A DNA stretch of 64,000 bases from an uncultured delta proteobacterium (GTDB lineage Bacteria; Myxococcota_A; Polyangia; Polyangiales; B10-G4): assembly GCA_963727445.1 (NCBI GenBank), contig CAVSGI010000020.1, forward strand, positions 480,001 to 544,000, read 5' to 3'. The position numbers and the translations under genes are program-made. The notes under the pieces were generated by a model, which saw nothing but the letters and a program-made list of their open reading frames with translations, was not told the origin of the DNA and did not search any database. Positions 19,687-30,308 of the stretch are shown here, one piece after another (within the stretch, counting starts at the first letter, position 1; each line of letters starts with the position of its first letter).

Positions 19687-20397
19687 ATGCGCCCGAGGGA
19701 ACGGCCTGATAGCCTCGACGCGATGGGCGTTCGCTTCGGCTACCCCGGCGTCGAGGTCGAGCACGACGGCCAGCGTTACAGAGTCTGGGCGCACGAGGGC
19801 CACTCCGCGGACTACCTTCAGATCGATCGCCTCGAGGGCGACGACGCGAAGGGCGTCATGAGCATCGAGCTCTTTGACGCCCACGCCTCGAGCTACGAGA
19901 TCTACGTCGGGTCGGGAGAGGGCCCGCGGCGGGGTCGGGAGATCTCGAGAGAGCTCTTCGATGCGCTGCGATCCGCGATCGAGTCGATCCTGCGTGCGAG
20001 GGCGTTGCCGACGACGTTCGCATCGGCAACCCGCGAGCCGCTCGTCGCTCCGTCACGTGACGAAACCGGCCTCGCCGATGTGATGAAGATCGAAGCACTC
20101 GAGCCGTACCTCGCGAAGCCGCGGGCCGAGGCCCCGGCGATCGAGCGCGGGTTCGAGCTCGATCCCGCAGAGATGGTTGCTTTCCTCGTCAAGCGCGCGC
20201 GACGCCACATCGCGCATCTCTACTGGCTGGACGGAACGGACGGTGAACCCGACGCGGCGGAGGTCTTCGGCGCCCTGACGCGGACTGTTCGGGCGAAGGA
20301 GGTGCTCCGCGCGTGTCTGGATCGTTTCGACGCCGCCGAGGTCCGCCGCTGGGAGACCGCCGCCCTCGCGGCGATCGGGCTCAGCGAGGACGATTGA
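19687..20397 (+). CDS. Hypothetical protein
   Basis: Coding-like GC3 bias; no motif recognised; start uncertain. Confidence 0.6.
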   Translation: MRPRERPDSLDAMGVRFGYPGVEVEHDGQRYRVWAHEGHSADYLQIDRLEGDDAKGVMSIELFDAHASSYEIYVGSGEGPRRGREISRELFDALRSAIESILRARALPTTFASATREPLVAPSRDETGLADVMKIEALEPYLAKPRAEAPAIERGFELDPAEMVAFLVKRARRHIAHLYWLDGTDGEPDAAEVFGALTRTVRAKEVLRACLDRFDAAEVRRWETAALAAIGLSEDD

Positions 20398-20505
20398 TCA
20401 GCCCCGGCCGCGAGTTGACTGATCAGTTCGAGCGGGTGAACTTCCGACGCGAGCTGCATCTCGTCGGTCGCGACGCGAAGCCGTTCCGTCGGATAGACTC
20501 TCCCG

Positions 20506-22180
20506 GTGCGACCCGCTTGCAAGCGAGTGCTCCTGGTCGTCGGCCTGCTGGCCTGCGGCTGCGAAGATGACGGCAGTCGACTCCTCGTCGACCTGAAGAC
20601 CGACTACGTTCCCGGTGAGGAGTTCGCACGCGTCCGAACGACCCTCTATGCGGCGCTCCCACGCCCAGAGGATGCGCCGCTCGCGTCACAGGAGCAGATC
20701 GTCTCGAACGGGGACAGGTTCATCGTGGGAGAGCGCATCGCGGACGTTCACCCTCGTCGCCGAGAAAGGAACGACCGCTCTGAGGACGGAGCTCCTCGAA
20801 GCCGATGGAACGGTGCTCGCCACGCGCAACACCCGGGTGTACCTCTCCCCGCCCAACACCGGTGTCACCGTGCTGGTGAGTCGCGATTGCGTCGGCGTCA
20901 CGTGCCCCTCGACCGGCGACAGCGAATGCTACGGCGGCGTCTGCGTCTCCCCGGATTGCGTGGAGGAGAGGCCCACTGCGTGTGGGCCCGCGGTCTGCAC
21001 CGATGACGTCGAATGCATGGCGACCGTCGCGTGCGCCGCTGGACGCTGCGTGGCGGGGGCGTGTCTTTCAGAGGGCGATGACGCACTGTGTGGGCCCGCC
21101 GAGTACTGCAACCCCGAGACCGGTTGCGAGGCGAGCATGTCGATGGTGGACGGTGGTGGCCCAGACGGAGGCACCGATGGCGGCGTCATGGTGACCACCC
21201 GCCCCGCGAAGACGGTGTCTGCATCGGCCGAGTTCACCTGCGTGGTCCAGCCCTCCGGTCGCGTCTACTGCTTCGGGCTGGGCGACAGCAGCCAACGGGG
21301 CGACGGGATGGGCGGCTACACCTTCACGCCGAGCGAGGTGATTGGCGTCACCAATGCGGTAGACGTCTCCATCGGCGACGTGCACGGGTGCGCCACTCTC
21401 GACACCGGCGAGGTGGCGTGTTGGGGCCAGAACACGTCCGGCGCGCTCGGCGATGGGACCACGACGACGAGCAACAGGGCGGTGATCGTCGTCGGGCTGC
21501 CCGCATCCGAAGAGGTCTCCGTGAGTGGCGATCACTCCTGCGCCCGGACGCGGGTGGGCGAGGTCTACTGCTGGGGTGCGGGCACCGACGGGCAGCTCGG
21601 CACAGGGTCGGCGACCTCCTCTCCGAACGCCGTGCTGGTTCCGTCCATCACCGATGCCGTCGGCGTGGATGCCGCGGGCGGGCGCACCTGCATTCGTCGC
21701 GGCGCGACGGGAGCGACGGAGTGCTCGGGGGATGGTGTCTTGTCGCCCGCGTCCACGGGACTCGAGGGGGTGGTCATGAACGACGGAGACTGGGGGGACA
21801 TCTGCGCGCTCCTCCTGGATGGCTCGGTGCGCTGCGGCGTCGCGCTGACAGGCGCCGCGCAGGTGGCAGGGCTGGACCAGGCCTCTTCGATCGGGGTGGG
21901 CTTTGGCCATGCCTGCGCCGTGCGTCAAGACGGCAGCGTCTGGTGTTGGGGTGACAACGGCGAAGGACAGCTCGGTGATGGTACGACCGTTTCCCGAATG
22001 GCGCCCGCACCGGCGCTGATCTCGGACGCCGTGGAGGTCTCCTCGGGAATCAACCATTCCTGCGCACGCCTTCGAAGCGGTGAAGTGTACTGCTGGGGAC
22101 TGAACACCTACGGTCAGCTCGGGAACGGCAGCTACGACCCTTCGCCGACGCCGGGGCCGGTGGTCGGGCTTCCTCCTTGA
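20506..22180 (+). CDS. RCC1/BLIP-II repeat lipoprotein with Cys-rich region; +1 frameshift at ~20743
   Basis: Lipobox LLACGC and DLKTDYVPGEEF in ORF 20506; continues in ORF 20615 with repeats HSCA..GEVYCWG.N..GQLG.G. Confidence 0.85.
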
Positions 22181-22298
22181 ATCCCCTCCCGCGCGATCGA
22201 CTGGAGCGACGTCGCGCAGCTCAGCTTCCTGGTGAGAGCTCAGAACGTCTTAGGGACTAATTGTGTCCAACCCCCGCCACTTCGGCCAGGTTCTGACG

Positions 22299-23258
22299 AT
22301 GATGACTCCGCGAACGACGCTTCTTCTATTCGCAACCGGTCTGCAGCTCACGGCGTGCTCTCCATCCCCGGATGACGGCGCCGACGCCAGCGCCACCCGC
22401 GACGCGGGTCAGATGGCCGACGCCGAGGCCACCCTGCACGACGCCCGAGTGGCGACCGAAGACGGCGGCGCGACGGACGGCAGCGCATCGCCCGACGACG
22501 GCGGAGACGCCGAGACGCCTTTGGACGACGGCGGCGCGAGCCCCGCGGACCTCGTCTTCGCCGATGACTTCGACTACACGGACCCGTTCAGCGCGCACGG
22601 TTGGAGCGGCGGAACGAGTGCGAACTTCTTCCACGAACGCACGGGCTGTCACTCGAACGGATGCGTTCGGATCCTCTACGACCAAGCCGGAACGGCGCCG
22701 TATTGGTTCGGCGTACCCATCGAGTCGGAGCATCTTCGAGACTTCACCGTTCACTTCTACTTCCGCGTCGACAACACGCCCGCGCTCGGAGGCGCGAAGT
22801 TCTTCAAGGTATTCGGCGCGAGCTCGGACAGCGGCTATGCCAACTCCACGATCGCGCTCGACTACACGAGCGGGCAGCTCTCTCGGATCTCGTACGGCAC
22901 GGGCGCAGTGACGGTCAACGATACCCAAGCCATCATTCGCTTCGACGGAGTCGCGACCGACGGAGAGGTCGACACCGTCACGGCCACCGGCCCGTTCGCT
23001 CCACCGGAGGCCGAGTGGCACGAGCTCCGCGTCTACATGCGCTACAACAGCGACGGCATGCGTGACGGCGAGTACCGCGTATGGATCGACGGCGAGCTCC
23101 GCGTGCAGGCAGAGAACGTGAAGAACCGCCACGACACGAACCTCGCCTATCCGCGCTCCATCGACCTCGCGAACTACGCGAGCGCCTCCAGTCGCACGCA
23201 CGACTACAACCTCTGGTACGACGACATCGCCATATATCGCGGCCTCGTCTCCCCGTGA
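22299..23258 (+). CDS. Lipoprotein with jelly-roll (polysaccharide-lyase/LamG-like) domain
   Basis: LTAC lipobox; LVFADDFD, GAKFFK, WHELRVY..N...DGEYRVWIDG, WYDDIAI. Confidence 0.7.
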   Translation: MMTPRTTLLLFATGLQLTACSPSPDDGADASATRDAGQMADAEATLHDARVATEDGGATDGSASPDDGGDAETPLDDGGASPADLVFADDFDYTDPFSAHGWSGGTSANFFHERTGCHSNGCVRILYDQAGTAPYWFGVPIESEHLRDFTVHFYFRVDNTPALGGAKFFKVFGASSDSGYANSTIALDYTSGQLSRISYGTGAVTVNDTQAIIRFDGVATDGEVDTVTATGPFAPPEAEWHELRVYMRYNSDGMRDGEYRVWIDGELRVQAENVKNRHDTNLAYPRSIDLANYASASSRTHDYNLWYDDIAIYRGLVSP

Positions 23259-23281
23259 GGATCCGAACCGGAGCCCGTCGG

Positions 23282-23737
23282 TCACGCGGGAGCTGTGCTG
23301 TCGGCCCGTGGCGGTTGCTCGTGCGGGAGCACGAGACCGTACTGCGCCATGACGGCGAGGAGCTTCGCGCGGTCGGGCGGTCCTCCGGCGTTCACCACGG
23401 CGGCCACGTCGTGGAAGTACTGCGCGCCGATGTCGGGGGTGAGGATCACGAGCACGCGAGCCGGCGGCCTTCCCGCGTTCATGAAGTGATGCACCGCGCC
23501 GCGCGGTGTCGACATGAAGTCACCCGGGCCGAGGTCGCGCGTGACGTCGTCGACGCGGTAGCGCAGCACGCCCTCGAGCACATAGACACACTCCTCGTTG
23601 TGGGTGTGGCTGTGGGGCGGCGGGACGTGGGCGTTCGGTGGGACCACCATCTCGAACACCCCGAGCGTGCCCTCCTCGGCGCCGTTCACGAGGTACCGGA
23701 TCTCGAGCTGCCCGACATGAATCGATGACGTTTTCAT
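23282..23737 (-). CDS. Cupin domain protein
   Basis: PPPHSHTHNEECVYVLEG and PRGAVHHFMN; AGAAGGAG RBS. Confidence 0.9.
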   Translation of the reverse strand: MKTSSIHVGQLEIRYLVNGAEEGTLGVFEMVVPPNAHVPPPHSHTHNEECVYVLEGVLRYRVDDVTRDLGPGDFMSTPRGAVHHFMNAGRPPARVLVILTPDIGAQYFHDVAAVVNAGGPPDRAKLLAVMAQYGLVLPHEQPPRADSTAPA

Positions 23738-23851
23738 GGGGATTCTCCTTCTTGTCTTCGCCCTGTGGGTGACCATGAGGAGAACCTACGGCCGTTCCTC
23801 ATTCTGGGTTAGATAGGATTTTTACAATCCATTGTTGCAAGATTGAGCTTA

Positions 23852-24763
23852 ATGAAGGATCCGCTCCCCGCGATGCGCGTCTTTGCTCAGGTCGTCGACT
23901 CGAAGAGCTTCACGGCCGCAGCGCAGAAGCTCGGGCTGTCGAAATCGCTGGTGAGCCGGCAGGTCACGGCCCTCGAGGAGGCGTTTGCCGTCAAGCTGCT
24001 CAACCGCTCCACGCGCAGGCTGAGCCTCACCGAAGCCGGCAGCGTGCTCTACGAGCACTGCGTGCGCATCGTGCAAGAGGTCGAGCTCGCCGAGCGGCGC
24101 GTGGCGCACACACAGGCCGAGCCCGCGGGCCTCGTGCGCCTCACCTCCGCGCCCGCTGTCGCAGTGCGTCACGTGGTCCCAGCGCTCGCCGACTTCCACC
24201 GCGAGTACCCGAAGATCCGCGTCATGCTCTCCTGCAGCAACCGCACACTCGAGCTCGGCGAGTCCGGCGTCGACCTCGGCATCCGCATCCAGTCCAAACC
24301 GTCATCGCATCTGGTGGCGCGCAAGCTCGCGACGAACACCGCAGTGCTCTGCGCGTCGCCTGGCTATCTCGAGCGCCACGGTACGCCGCAGCGCGTGGAG
24401 GACCTGGCCGAGCACGCGTGTGTGCGCTTCCCCCCCACGGCGCCGAAGGGGACGTGGACGCTGCGGCGCAACGGGCGCTCACACACGGTTCGGATCGATG
24501 GTCCGCTCGAGACCGATGACATGGAGGCAGTGCAGGCTGCCGTCGTCGCAGGCCTCGGTATCGGCATCCTGCCCACCTACATCGCCGGTCGCGCGCTCGA
24601 GCGAGGTGAGCTCGTGCCCGTCCTGCGCACGCACCGGGTCGGAGTCGAGAACGCGATCTACCTCGTCTACCTGCCGAACCGCACGGTGCCCTCACGCGTC
24701 CGTGTGCTCATCGATTTCCTCGTCGCGCGCTTCTCGCCGCAAGCGCCGTGGAACCGCACGTAG
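23852..24763 (+). CDS. LysR family regulator (CrgA/DmlR-like), divergent from the cupin
   Basis: FAQVVDSKSFTAAAQKLGLSKSLVSRQVTALE...LLNRSTRRLSLTEAG; ACAAT-CC-ATTGT dyad at 23824-23835 upstream. Confidence 0.95.
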   Translation: MKDPLPAMRVFAQVVDSKSFTAAAQKLGLSKSLVSRQVTALEEAFAVKLLNRSTRRLSLTEAGSVLYEHCVRIVQEVELAERRVAHTQAEPAGLVRLTSAPAVAVRHVVPALADFHREYPKIRVMLSCSNRTLELGESGVDLGIRIQSKPSSHLVARKLATNTAVLCASPGYLERHGTPQRVEDLAEHACVRFPPTAPKGTWTLRRNGRSHTVRIDGPLETDDMEAVQAAVVAGLGIGILPTYIAGRALERGELVPVLRTHRVGVENAIYLVYLPNRTVPSRVRVLIDFLVARFSPQAPWNRT

Positions 24764-24774
24764 TTGTCGCGAGC

Positions 24775-27156
24775 TCAGAGCTCGCCGATCGGGTCCGGTG
24801 TCGGAAGCGACGTCGAGTCGAGATTCGTGCCGTTGTCGCGATAGGAGACGTCCTGTGACAACCGGTCCAGGTCGTAGCCGTCCACCTGGACGCACGCCCC
24901 GATGTCGGCGCCCTCCACCACGCCCGATTCGGTGTCGAAGGAGATCGTGAACGGGGGCTCATCCGCCAGGAAGAGTCCGCACGTCGCGGCGTCGACCACC
25001 GAAAAGCGAGTCAAACGAACCGCCGCGCCGAGCGCAGCCACGCCGTATCCGTAGCCCCGGTCCGGACAGTCGCAAGCCGAGCGCCCAACGTCTGCGATGG
25101 TCACGTCGCGCGCGTCGATCATGGCATCGCCGATGGCCACGAGTCCCAATTCGCTCGCGTGCTCGATGGCCAGGCGCTCGGCGGACACGGTCGCGTTCCA
25201 CTCGACCAACAGGGCGTACCCGAAGGCGAGGGAGCTCGTATCCGGCGCCGTGTCGCGAATCGTCGTATCGACGAGCGTCGCGGAGGCTTCGGAGTCGAGG
25301 ACCAAGAGACCGACCTCCTGCGCTCGGGCCACGAGGAGCCGCGTCGCCGAACATGTGGCAGACTGCTGAATCTCGACACCGTGCGACGTGACGTCCTGGA
25401 CGACGCCATCGGTGATCTCGAGCGAGGCATCGAGCGCGGCGACACCGACGCCATCGATGCGCTCGACGAGGAGGCCCGTGGCGCTGACGCGCGCGCCGGT
25501 CTGGGCGGTGACGCCCGTGATGACGTCGTCGCCCGACAACGGCGCCGACATGTCCCGAACGACCACCGATGAAAGGTCGGCGGTGGAATCCGCTCCGTTG
25601 GCGAGCACCCCGATGTCGTGGTTGCCGGTAGCAACGAGACGCGTCGCAGTGAGGCTCGCCCCTTCCTCGACCTCGATGCCTCGCCCCATGGGGAACGCGT
25701 CGTCTCTGGGAGTCGTCTCTCGAACCAGGACGTCCGTCAGCAAGAGCGACGTTCCGGCGCCGGTCGCGAAGACACCTACGTCGTGGTTGTTCGTCACCAC
25801 GAGCCGAGTCGCCTCGAATCCCCCGCCAGTTGCAGCTGTCACGCCCCTGCCTCCCGCGCTCGCGTAGACCCCCGGGACCGACTCGCGTACGACGGCGTCG
25901 GTGAGGCTCGCCAACGAGCCTTCTCCCGCGACGGTTACACCCGAGTCGGTGTTCCGCGTCGCCAACAGCCGCGTGGCTTCGAAGCGGGCGCCATCGTAGA
26001 CGCCGACGCCGTGGCCGAAGCGTGATCCCGCGGTTCGGGGCGCCGTGTCGCGCACGATGGCGTCCGTCAACGACATCGTCGTCGTGGCCCCCAAGACGCT
26101 CGCGCCGTGGTCGTGGTTGCCCTCGATGAGGACGCGACTGGCCTCGATGACGGGTCCGTCCTCGCCGCGAATCCCGAACCCACCCCCGCCGTCGAGGTCC
26201 TGCGATACGGTGTCGCGAATCACGACGTCGGACAGGTGCACCACCAATCCCTCACCGATCGCGAGGACGCCTGCATGACGGTTGCCGGATACAATCAATC
26301 CAGCGGCATCGAGCTGCCCTGCGCTCTCGACGTCGAGGCCACGACCCACACGCCCCGCCAGCGCACGCGTGTCGGTGACGACAAGTGACGCTGCGTCCAC
26401 CCGTCCGCTCGTCTGCACGACGATTCCGGCGCCCGTCGCCTCCGCGACGAGCACTCCGTCGAGCGAGAGCGCACTCCCGCCCTCGACGCGCAGACCCATC
26501 TGGGGAGCATCCACGATAGCGATGTTCTCGAGCACCGCCGGCTCTCCCCGTCCCATCGCCGCGACCACTCCCGCGGCGGGTCCACCGCCGTGGAGGATCG
26601 TCTCGGCGACACACGCCCCGACCAGGCGAACCCCCGAGCGGAGCGCAAACGTGCCGTCGTACTCGCCCTTCGCGAGCGCGACGGTCGTGCCGGCCCCGAG
26701 GCTTAAGAACGGAACCTCGCCGATGGACGAAAATGGCGCCCCGATGGACCCGTCGCCGCCCAGCGCAGCGCTGGCGTTCACGTAGACGATCGAGCCGCTC
26801 GCAGGCAGCCCGGCCGCGTAGTCCCCGGCGGGGCAGGGTTGCCCGATCGGCCTGCAGTCGGGTTCGCCGGGGAAATGCGCTTCGCCGAATGGGCATTCGC
26901 GCGCACCACCTTCGGGATACGGGTCACAGGTCGTGGCTTCATCCGTATCCGTGATCGTGCGCCATCCCATCGGGCACGGTGCGATGGCAATCGGCGGCAC
27001 GCCCCCCTCGAGCCATGGAATGTCCGGGGCCGCTGGTGTCGCGACGCCGCCGTCGCCGGCATCGGCCCCCACGTCGGCGTCGGGCAACGCTTCGGGCCCA
27101 TCGCCGCACGACGCGAGCCCTAGCGCCAGCAGGCCTGCCGCAGCCCATCGCCTCAC
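24775..27156 (-). CDS. Right-handed parallel beta-helix repeat lipoprotein
   Basis: LASC lipobox; Cys-rich N-terminus; GDGSIGAPF; repeated VVRDT...GRG.. units; paralog of 35447-38072. Confidence 0.8.
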   Translation of the reverse strand: MRRWAAAGLLALGLASCGDGPEALPDADVGADAGDGGVATPAAPDIPWLEGGVPPIAIAPCPMGWRTITDTDEATTCDPYPEGGARECPFGEAHFPGEPDCRPIGQPCPAGDYAAGLPASGSIVYVNASAALGGDGSIGAPFSSIGEVPFLSLGAGTTVALAKGEYDGTFALRSGVRLVGACVAETILHGGGPAAGVVAAMGRGEPAVLENIAIVDAPQMGLRVEGGSALSLDGVLVAEATGAGIVVQTSGRVDAASLVVTDTRALAGRVGRGLDVESAGQLDAAGLIVSGNRHAGVLAIGEGLVVHLSDVVIRDTVSQDLDGGGGFGIRGEDGPVIEASRVLIEGNHDHGASVLGATTTMSLTDAIVRDTAPRTAGSRFGHGVGVYDGARFEATRLLATRNTDSGVTVAGEGSLASLTDAVVRESVPGVYASAGGRGVTAATGGGFEATRLVVTNNHDVGVFATGAGTSLLLTDVLVRETTPRDDAFPMGRGIEVEEGASLTATRLVATGNHDIGVLANGADSTADLSSVVVRDMSAPLSGDDVITGVTAQTGARVSATGLLVERIDGVGVAALDASLEITDGVVQDVTSHGVEIQQSATCSATRLLVARAQEVGLLVLDSEASATLVDTTIRDTAPDTSSLAFGYALLVEWNATVSAERLAIEHASELGLVAIGDAMIDARDVTIADVGRSACDCPDRGYGYGVAALGAAVRLTRFSVVDAATCGLFLADEPPFTISFDTESGVVEGADIGACVQVDGYDLDRLSQDVSYRDNGTNLDSTSLPTPDPIGEL

Positions 27157-27180
27157 GAGCAGATCCTAACATCCCGCCGC

Positions 27181-28020
27181 TCACTCGGGCGAAGCGCCTG
27201 GATGCGCGTCGCGAACCGAGATGGGGCCGTTCGTGACGACCTCGACGCGCGTTCCACCCCCGCCCACGTCGAGGTCGAAGGTGCCCGATCCATCGGACGT
27301 GAAAGCGACGCCACCGACGTCGACGTCGGCGTTCACGGCGGTCGTCAACGAGAGGGTGTAGGTGCCGGGGGCCAGCGAGAGATCCACGAAGCCCTCTGCA
27401 ATGATCGACAAGGGGCCGTCTCCGCCTTCATACGTGAGTTGGACGTTTTGCCCGGAGTCGATCCGGACGTCGCCCGAGCACCTCACCCCGATCATCGCGT
27501 CACTCCGGAGGTCGACCACGCCGTGGGCCGTTCCGAGGATCTGCCCACCGGCATCGATGAGTAGACTGCCCGTCGGGCCCTCGAGATCGACACGACCGGT
27601 GGTGCGAAGATCGATGCTTCCGAGGTCTGCGAGAGTCACCGCGTCGGCTCGAACGTCCGCGCGCAAGAGTCGGTCGCGCGGCATGGCCACCTGAAGGTCC
27701 TCGAATACCAACCCCTCGTCCGAGCCAGCCCAGTCCAGCGCGAGGGTGTCCCCCACGCGATCGAAGGCCAATGACGGTGGAAGTGCCGGCGGCGATCCCG
27801 ACCCTACCCAGCGCGTGGTCGACATGGTCGCGGAGAAGTCCCCGGTGCTCGGCGACACGGTGAGAGACGGAGGTGCCCCGCCGATGTCGAGGGTCGTGAC
27901 TCCGTCGCCGGCACGAGTCGCGTGCCACTCGTTCGACTCAGCGCTCACGCCAAGACCGAAGCCGCACGCAGAGAGCGTGACGCAGAGCACGGAGACCGTC
28001 AGGAAGATTCGTGCGCTCAT
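27181..28020 (-). CDS. Lipoprotein with adhesin-like beta-strand repeats
   Basis: MSARIFL...LSAC lipobox; short beta repeats ending VVTNGPISV. Confidence 0.65.
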   Translation of the reverse strand: MSARIFLTVSVLCVTLSACGFGLGVSAESNEWHATRAGDGVTTLDIGGAPPSLTVSPSTGDFSATMSTTRWVGSGSPPALPPSLAFDRVGDTLALDWAGSDEGLVFEDLQVAMPRDRLLRADVRADAVTLADLGSIDLRTTGRVDLEGPTGSLLIDAGGQILGTAHGVVDLRSDAMIGVRCSGDVRIDSGQNVQLTYEGGDGPLSIIAEGFVDLSLAPGTYTLSLTTAVNADVDVGGVAFTSDGSGTFDLDVGGGGTRVEVVTNGPISVRDAHPGASPE

Positions 28021-28595
28021 AGCGCAAACCCCACCGTGAACGACACTGGCAGGCTCAGAATCACGCTGCCCGCTGGCATCAGACCTGGCGTCATCGCGTA
28101 GTCCGAAAAGTGATACTGCACACGCAGCGCGATACCGATACCGATACACATCCCGGGCAGCTCTTTCGTGGAGCAGATGAATCCGCGCGTGCCGAGGTCG
28201 ACGGCACCGGCCACGCCGAGCTCATCGCCGAGGTTCGCGCCCCAGCGATCTTGGAGCTCGACCTGCATCGCTACGAAGGGCTGCACGAAGGCGTCGGTGT
28301 CACCGTAGGTCAGGTGAGCCTCCGCCCGCGGAACGATCGAGAGCGCCGCTCGCTCACCGCCGAGGGTGGAGAAGCCCCCGCCGCTGACCCCGAGGGAGGC
28401 GGCGAAGTAGTCTCCGGAGTAGCCGAGTTGGAGCGTCGGCTCGAAGACGACGCGCCCATCGACTAGCGCCGGGTTCGCGGTGAGCTCGGCGAAGCCCATG
28501 GGGACGGTGGTCGGTGCGTCTTGCGCCTGACCGCGCGAGATCGGTCCCGCGAACACCGCGAGCAGGGTCACTACGAAAAGGACGTGGAGCTTCAT
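28017..28595 (-). CDS. Secreted hypothetical protein, probable beta-barrel
   Basis: Signal peptide MKLHVLF...AQD; amphipathic strands; 4-nt overlap with the downstream gene. Confidence 0.65.
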   Translation of the reverse strand: MKLHVLFVVTLLAVFAGPISRGQAQDAPTTVPMGFAELTANPALVDGRVVFEPTLQLGYSGDYFAASLGVSGGGFSTLGGERAALSIVPRAEAHLTYGDTDAFVQPFVAMQVELQDRWGANLGDELGVAGAVDLGTRGFICSTKELPGMCIGIGIALRVQYHFSDYAMTPGLMPAGSVILSLPVSFTVGFAL

Positions 28596-28799
28596 CACTG
28601 AGTAGCCGGCCAAGCATCAGATGTGCCTCGCGGAAACTGGCGTGGTTTCGCAATCCGGTCGAACGAGAAGTGGCCAGAGCGGCACAGGTGTCCGAGAACC
28701 TCGCTTCACGCGCGCTCGACTGGACCGATGAAGTGCGAGGGCGTGCATTTTTTTTCTAAAGAGCCCGGCTCAGATCGCGTAGCCTGGCGGAAGTTCAGG

Positions 28800-29249
28800 A
28801 TGAAGCCCTTGATGAATTCCGTCACGATCCGCCGCAGCGTGGAGGACGTCTTCGACTACGTCAGTGACTTGGGGAACGAGCGGTTCTGGAATCCACATTT
28901 GCTTTCGGTGGAAGCGCTCAGCGTCGGGCCGATCGTCGAGGGGACCCGGTTCCGCTGCCACTGGCAGGGCGGTCCTCCGGTCGAGTGCGCATACACGCTC
29001 GTCGACAGACCGCACCGCTGGGAGATCTACGGCACCGCAAAGGGGATGGACATCGCGTTCGCCGGCGACGTGGAGCCGACGGAAGGCGGAACGCGTCTGA
29101 CCATCACGATGACGCTCTTGCCGAAAGGGCTCTTTCGCCTCTTCGGGCCGATGATCCGAAGAGGGTTCCAGAAGAAAGAGGAGAAGAACCTCGCGAGCAT
29201 TCGCGCCGCTCTCGAAACAGCGCCGAGTGCGGTGCGCATGGAGCCCTGA
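28800..29249 (+). CDS. SRPBCC/polyketide cyclase-like protein
   Basis: SVTIRRSVEDVFDYVSDLGNERFWNP; GGTRLT; NLASIRAALE. Confidence 0.85.
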   Translation: MKPLMNSVTIRRSVEDVFDYVSDLGNERFWNPHLLSVEALSVGPIVEGTRFRCHWQGGPPVECAYTLVDRPHRWEIYGTAKGMDIAFAGDVEPTEGGTRLTITMTLLPKGLFRLFGPMIRRGFQKKEEKNLASIRAALETAPSAVRMEP

Positions 29250-29302
29250 GCTCCACGCGCCACCCTGACGTCGAGATCCGACCGGACACGAAAGGGGTCC
29301 CT

Positions 29303-30299
29303 TCAGTCGGGGCGCCAGCTTCCGATGATCTGAATGTAGTTCGACCGCTCGAAGGCCCGGGGGTCGGGGCATCGTTCGATGTTCATGCTTCCATGCGCCT
29401 GGGCGAGGGAGTCGTATTCGTTTTCCTCGAGCCACTGCGCGAGCCCTTCGCGCATGACCCGGAGGTGCTCCGGTCCGTTCTTCAACACGGCCGAGACCGT
29501 CTGGACGACGTGAGCGCCGCTCATCACGGCCTTGAGGGCGCCGATGCTGTCGTGCACGCCCCCGGACGCGACCAGTGAACCCGAGAAGGTCCCAGACACG
29601 ATCGCCAACCAACGAAGGCGCAAGAGAAGCTCCGACGGATCGCTCAAGTGCAAGATCGGAGCGACCTCCAGCGCTTCGACGTCGATGTCCGGCTCGTAGA
29701 AGCGGTTGAAGAAGACGAGCGCGTCCGCTCCGGCCTCGTCGAGGCGTTTGGCGAAGTGCACCAGCGAGGTGAAGAAGGGCGAGAGCTTCACGGCGACCGG
29801 GATGCCGAATCTTGTCCTTCACCGAGCGGGTCATGGCCGCGATGCGCGCTTCGCGAGCCTCGGCGCTCTCGAGTGGGTCCGTCGAGAGCTGATAGACGTT
29901 CAGCTCGATTCCGCTCGCCCCTGCCTCTTCCATCAAGCGCGCGAACTCCAGCCACCCGCCCAGCGACGTCCCGTTCAGTGACGCGAAGACCGGCACGTCG
30001 ACGGCCTCGCGGATACGGCGGAGCTGCTCGAGGTATGCCTCGGGGCCGAGCGTCAGCCCGTGCGGCGCGGCCACGAAGGACGTCGCCTCGGCGGAGACGT
30101 CGGCGTGCCCCTCGATGGCGCGGTGCGCCGCGAGTTGCTCTTCCTCGAGCTGCTCCTCGAAGAGCGAGCGCATGACGATCGCAGGCGCCCCGGCGTCTTC
30201 GAGGCGCTTGACCGTGTCGAGGTCATCAGCCATCGGCCCTGCCCCTGGCATGAGGGGATTCGAAAGCGGGATGCCCATGTACTTGGTGGCGAGGTCCAT
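29303..30299 (-). CDS. Dihydroorotate dehydrogenase-like flavoprotein (PFOR-associated); +1 frameshift at ~29808
   Basis: MDLATKYMGIPLSNPL, SLFEEQ, IELN in one frame; IPVAVKLSPFF, FNRFYEPDID, ASGGVH, FERSNYI in the next; rejoined by deleting one base in GAATC 29807-29811. Confidence 0.88.
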
Positions 30300-30308
30300 C
30301 TTCGTTCC

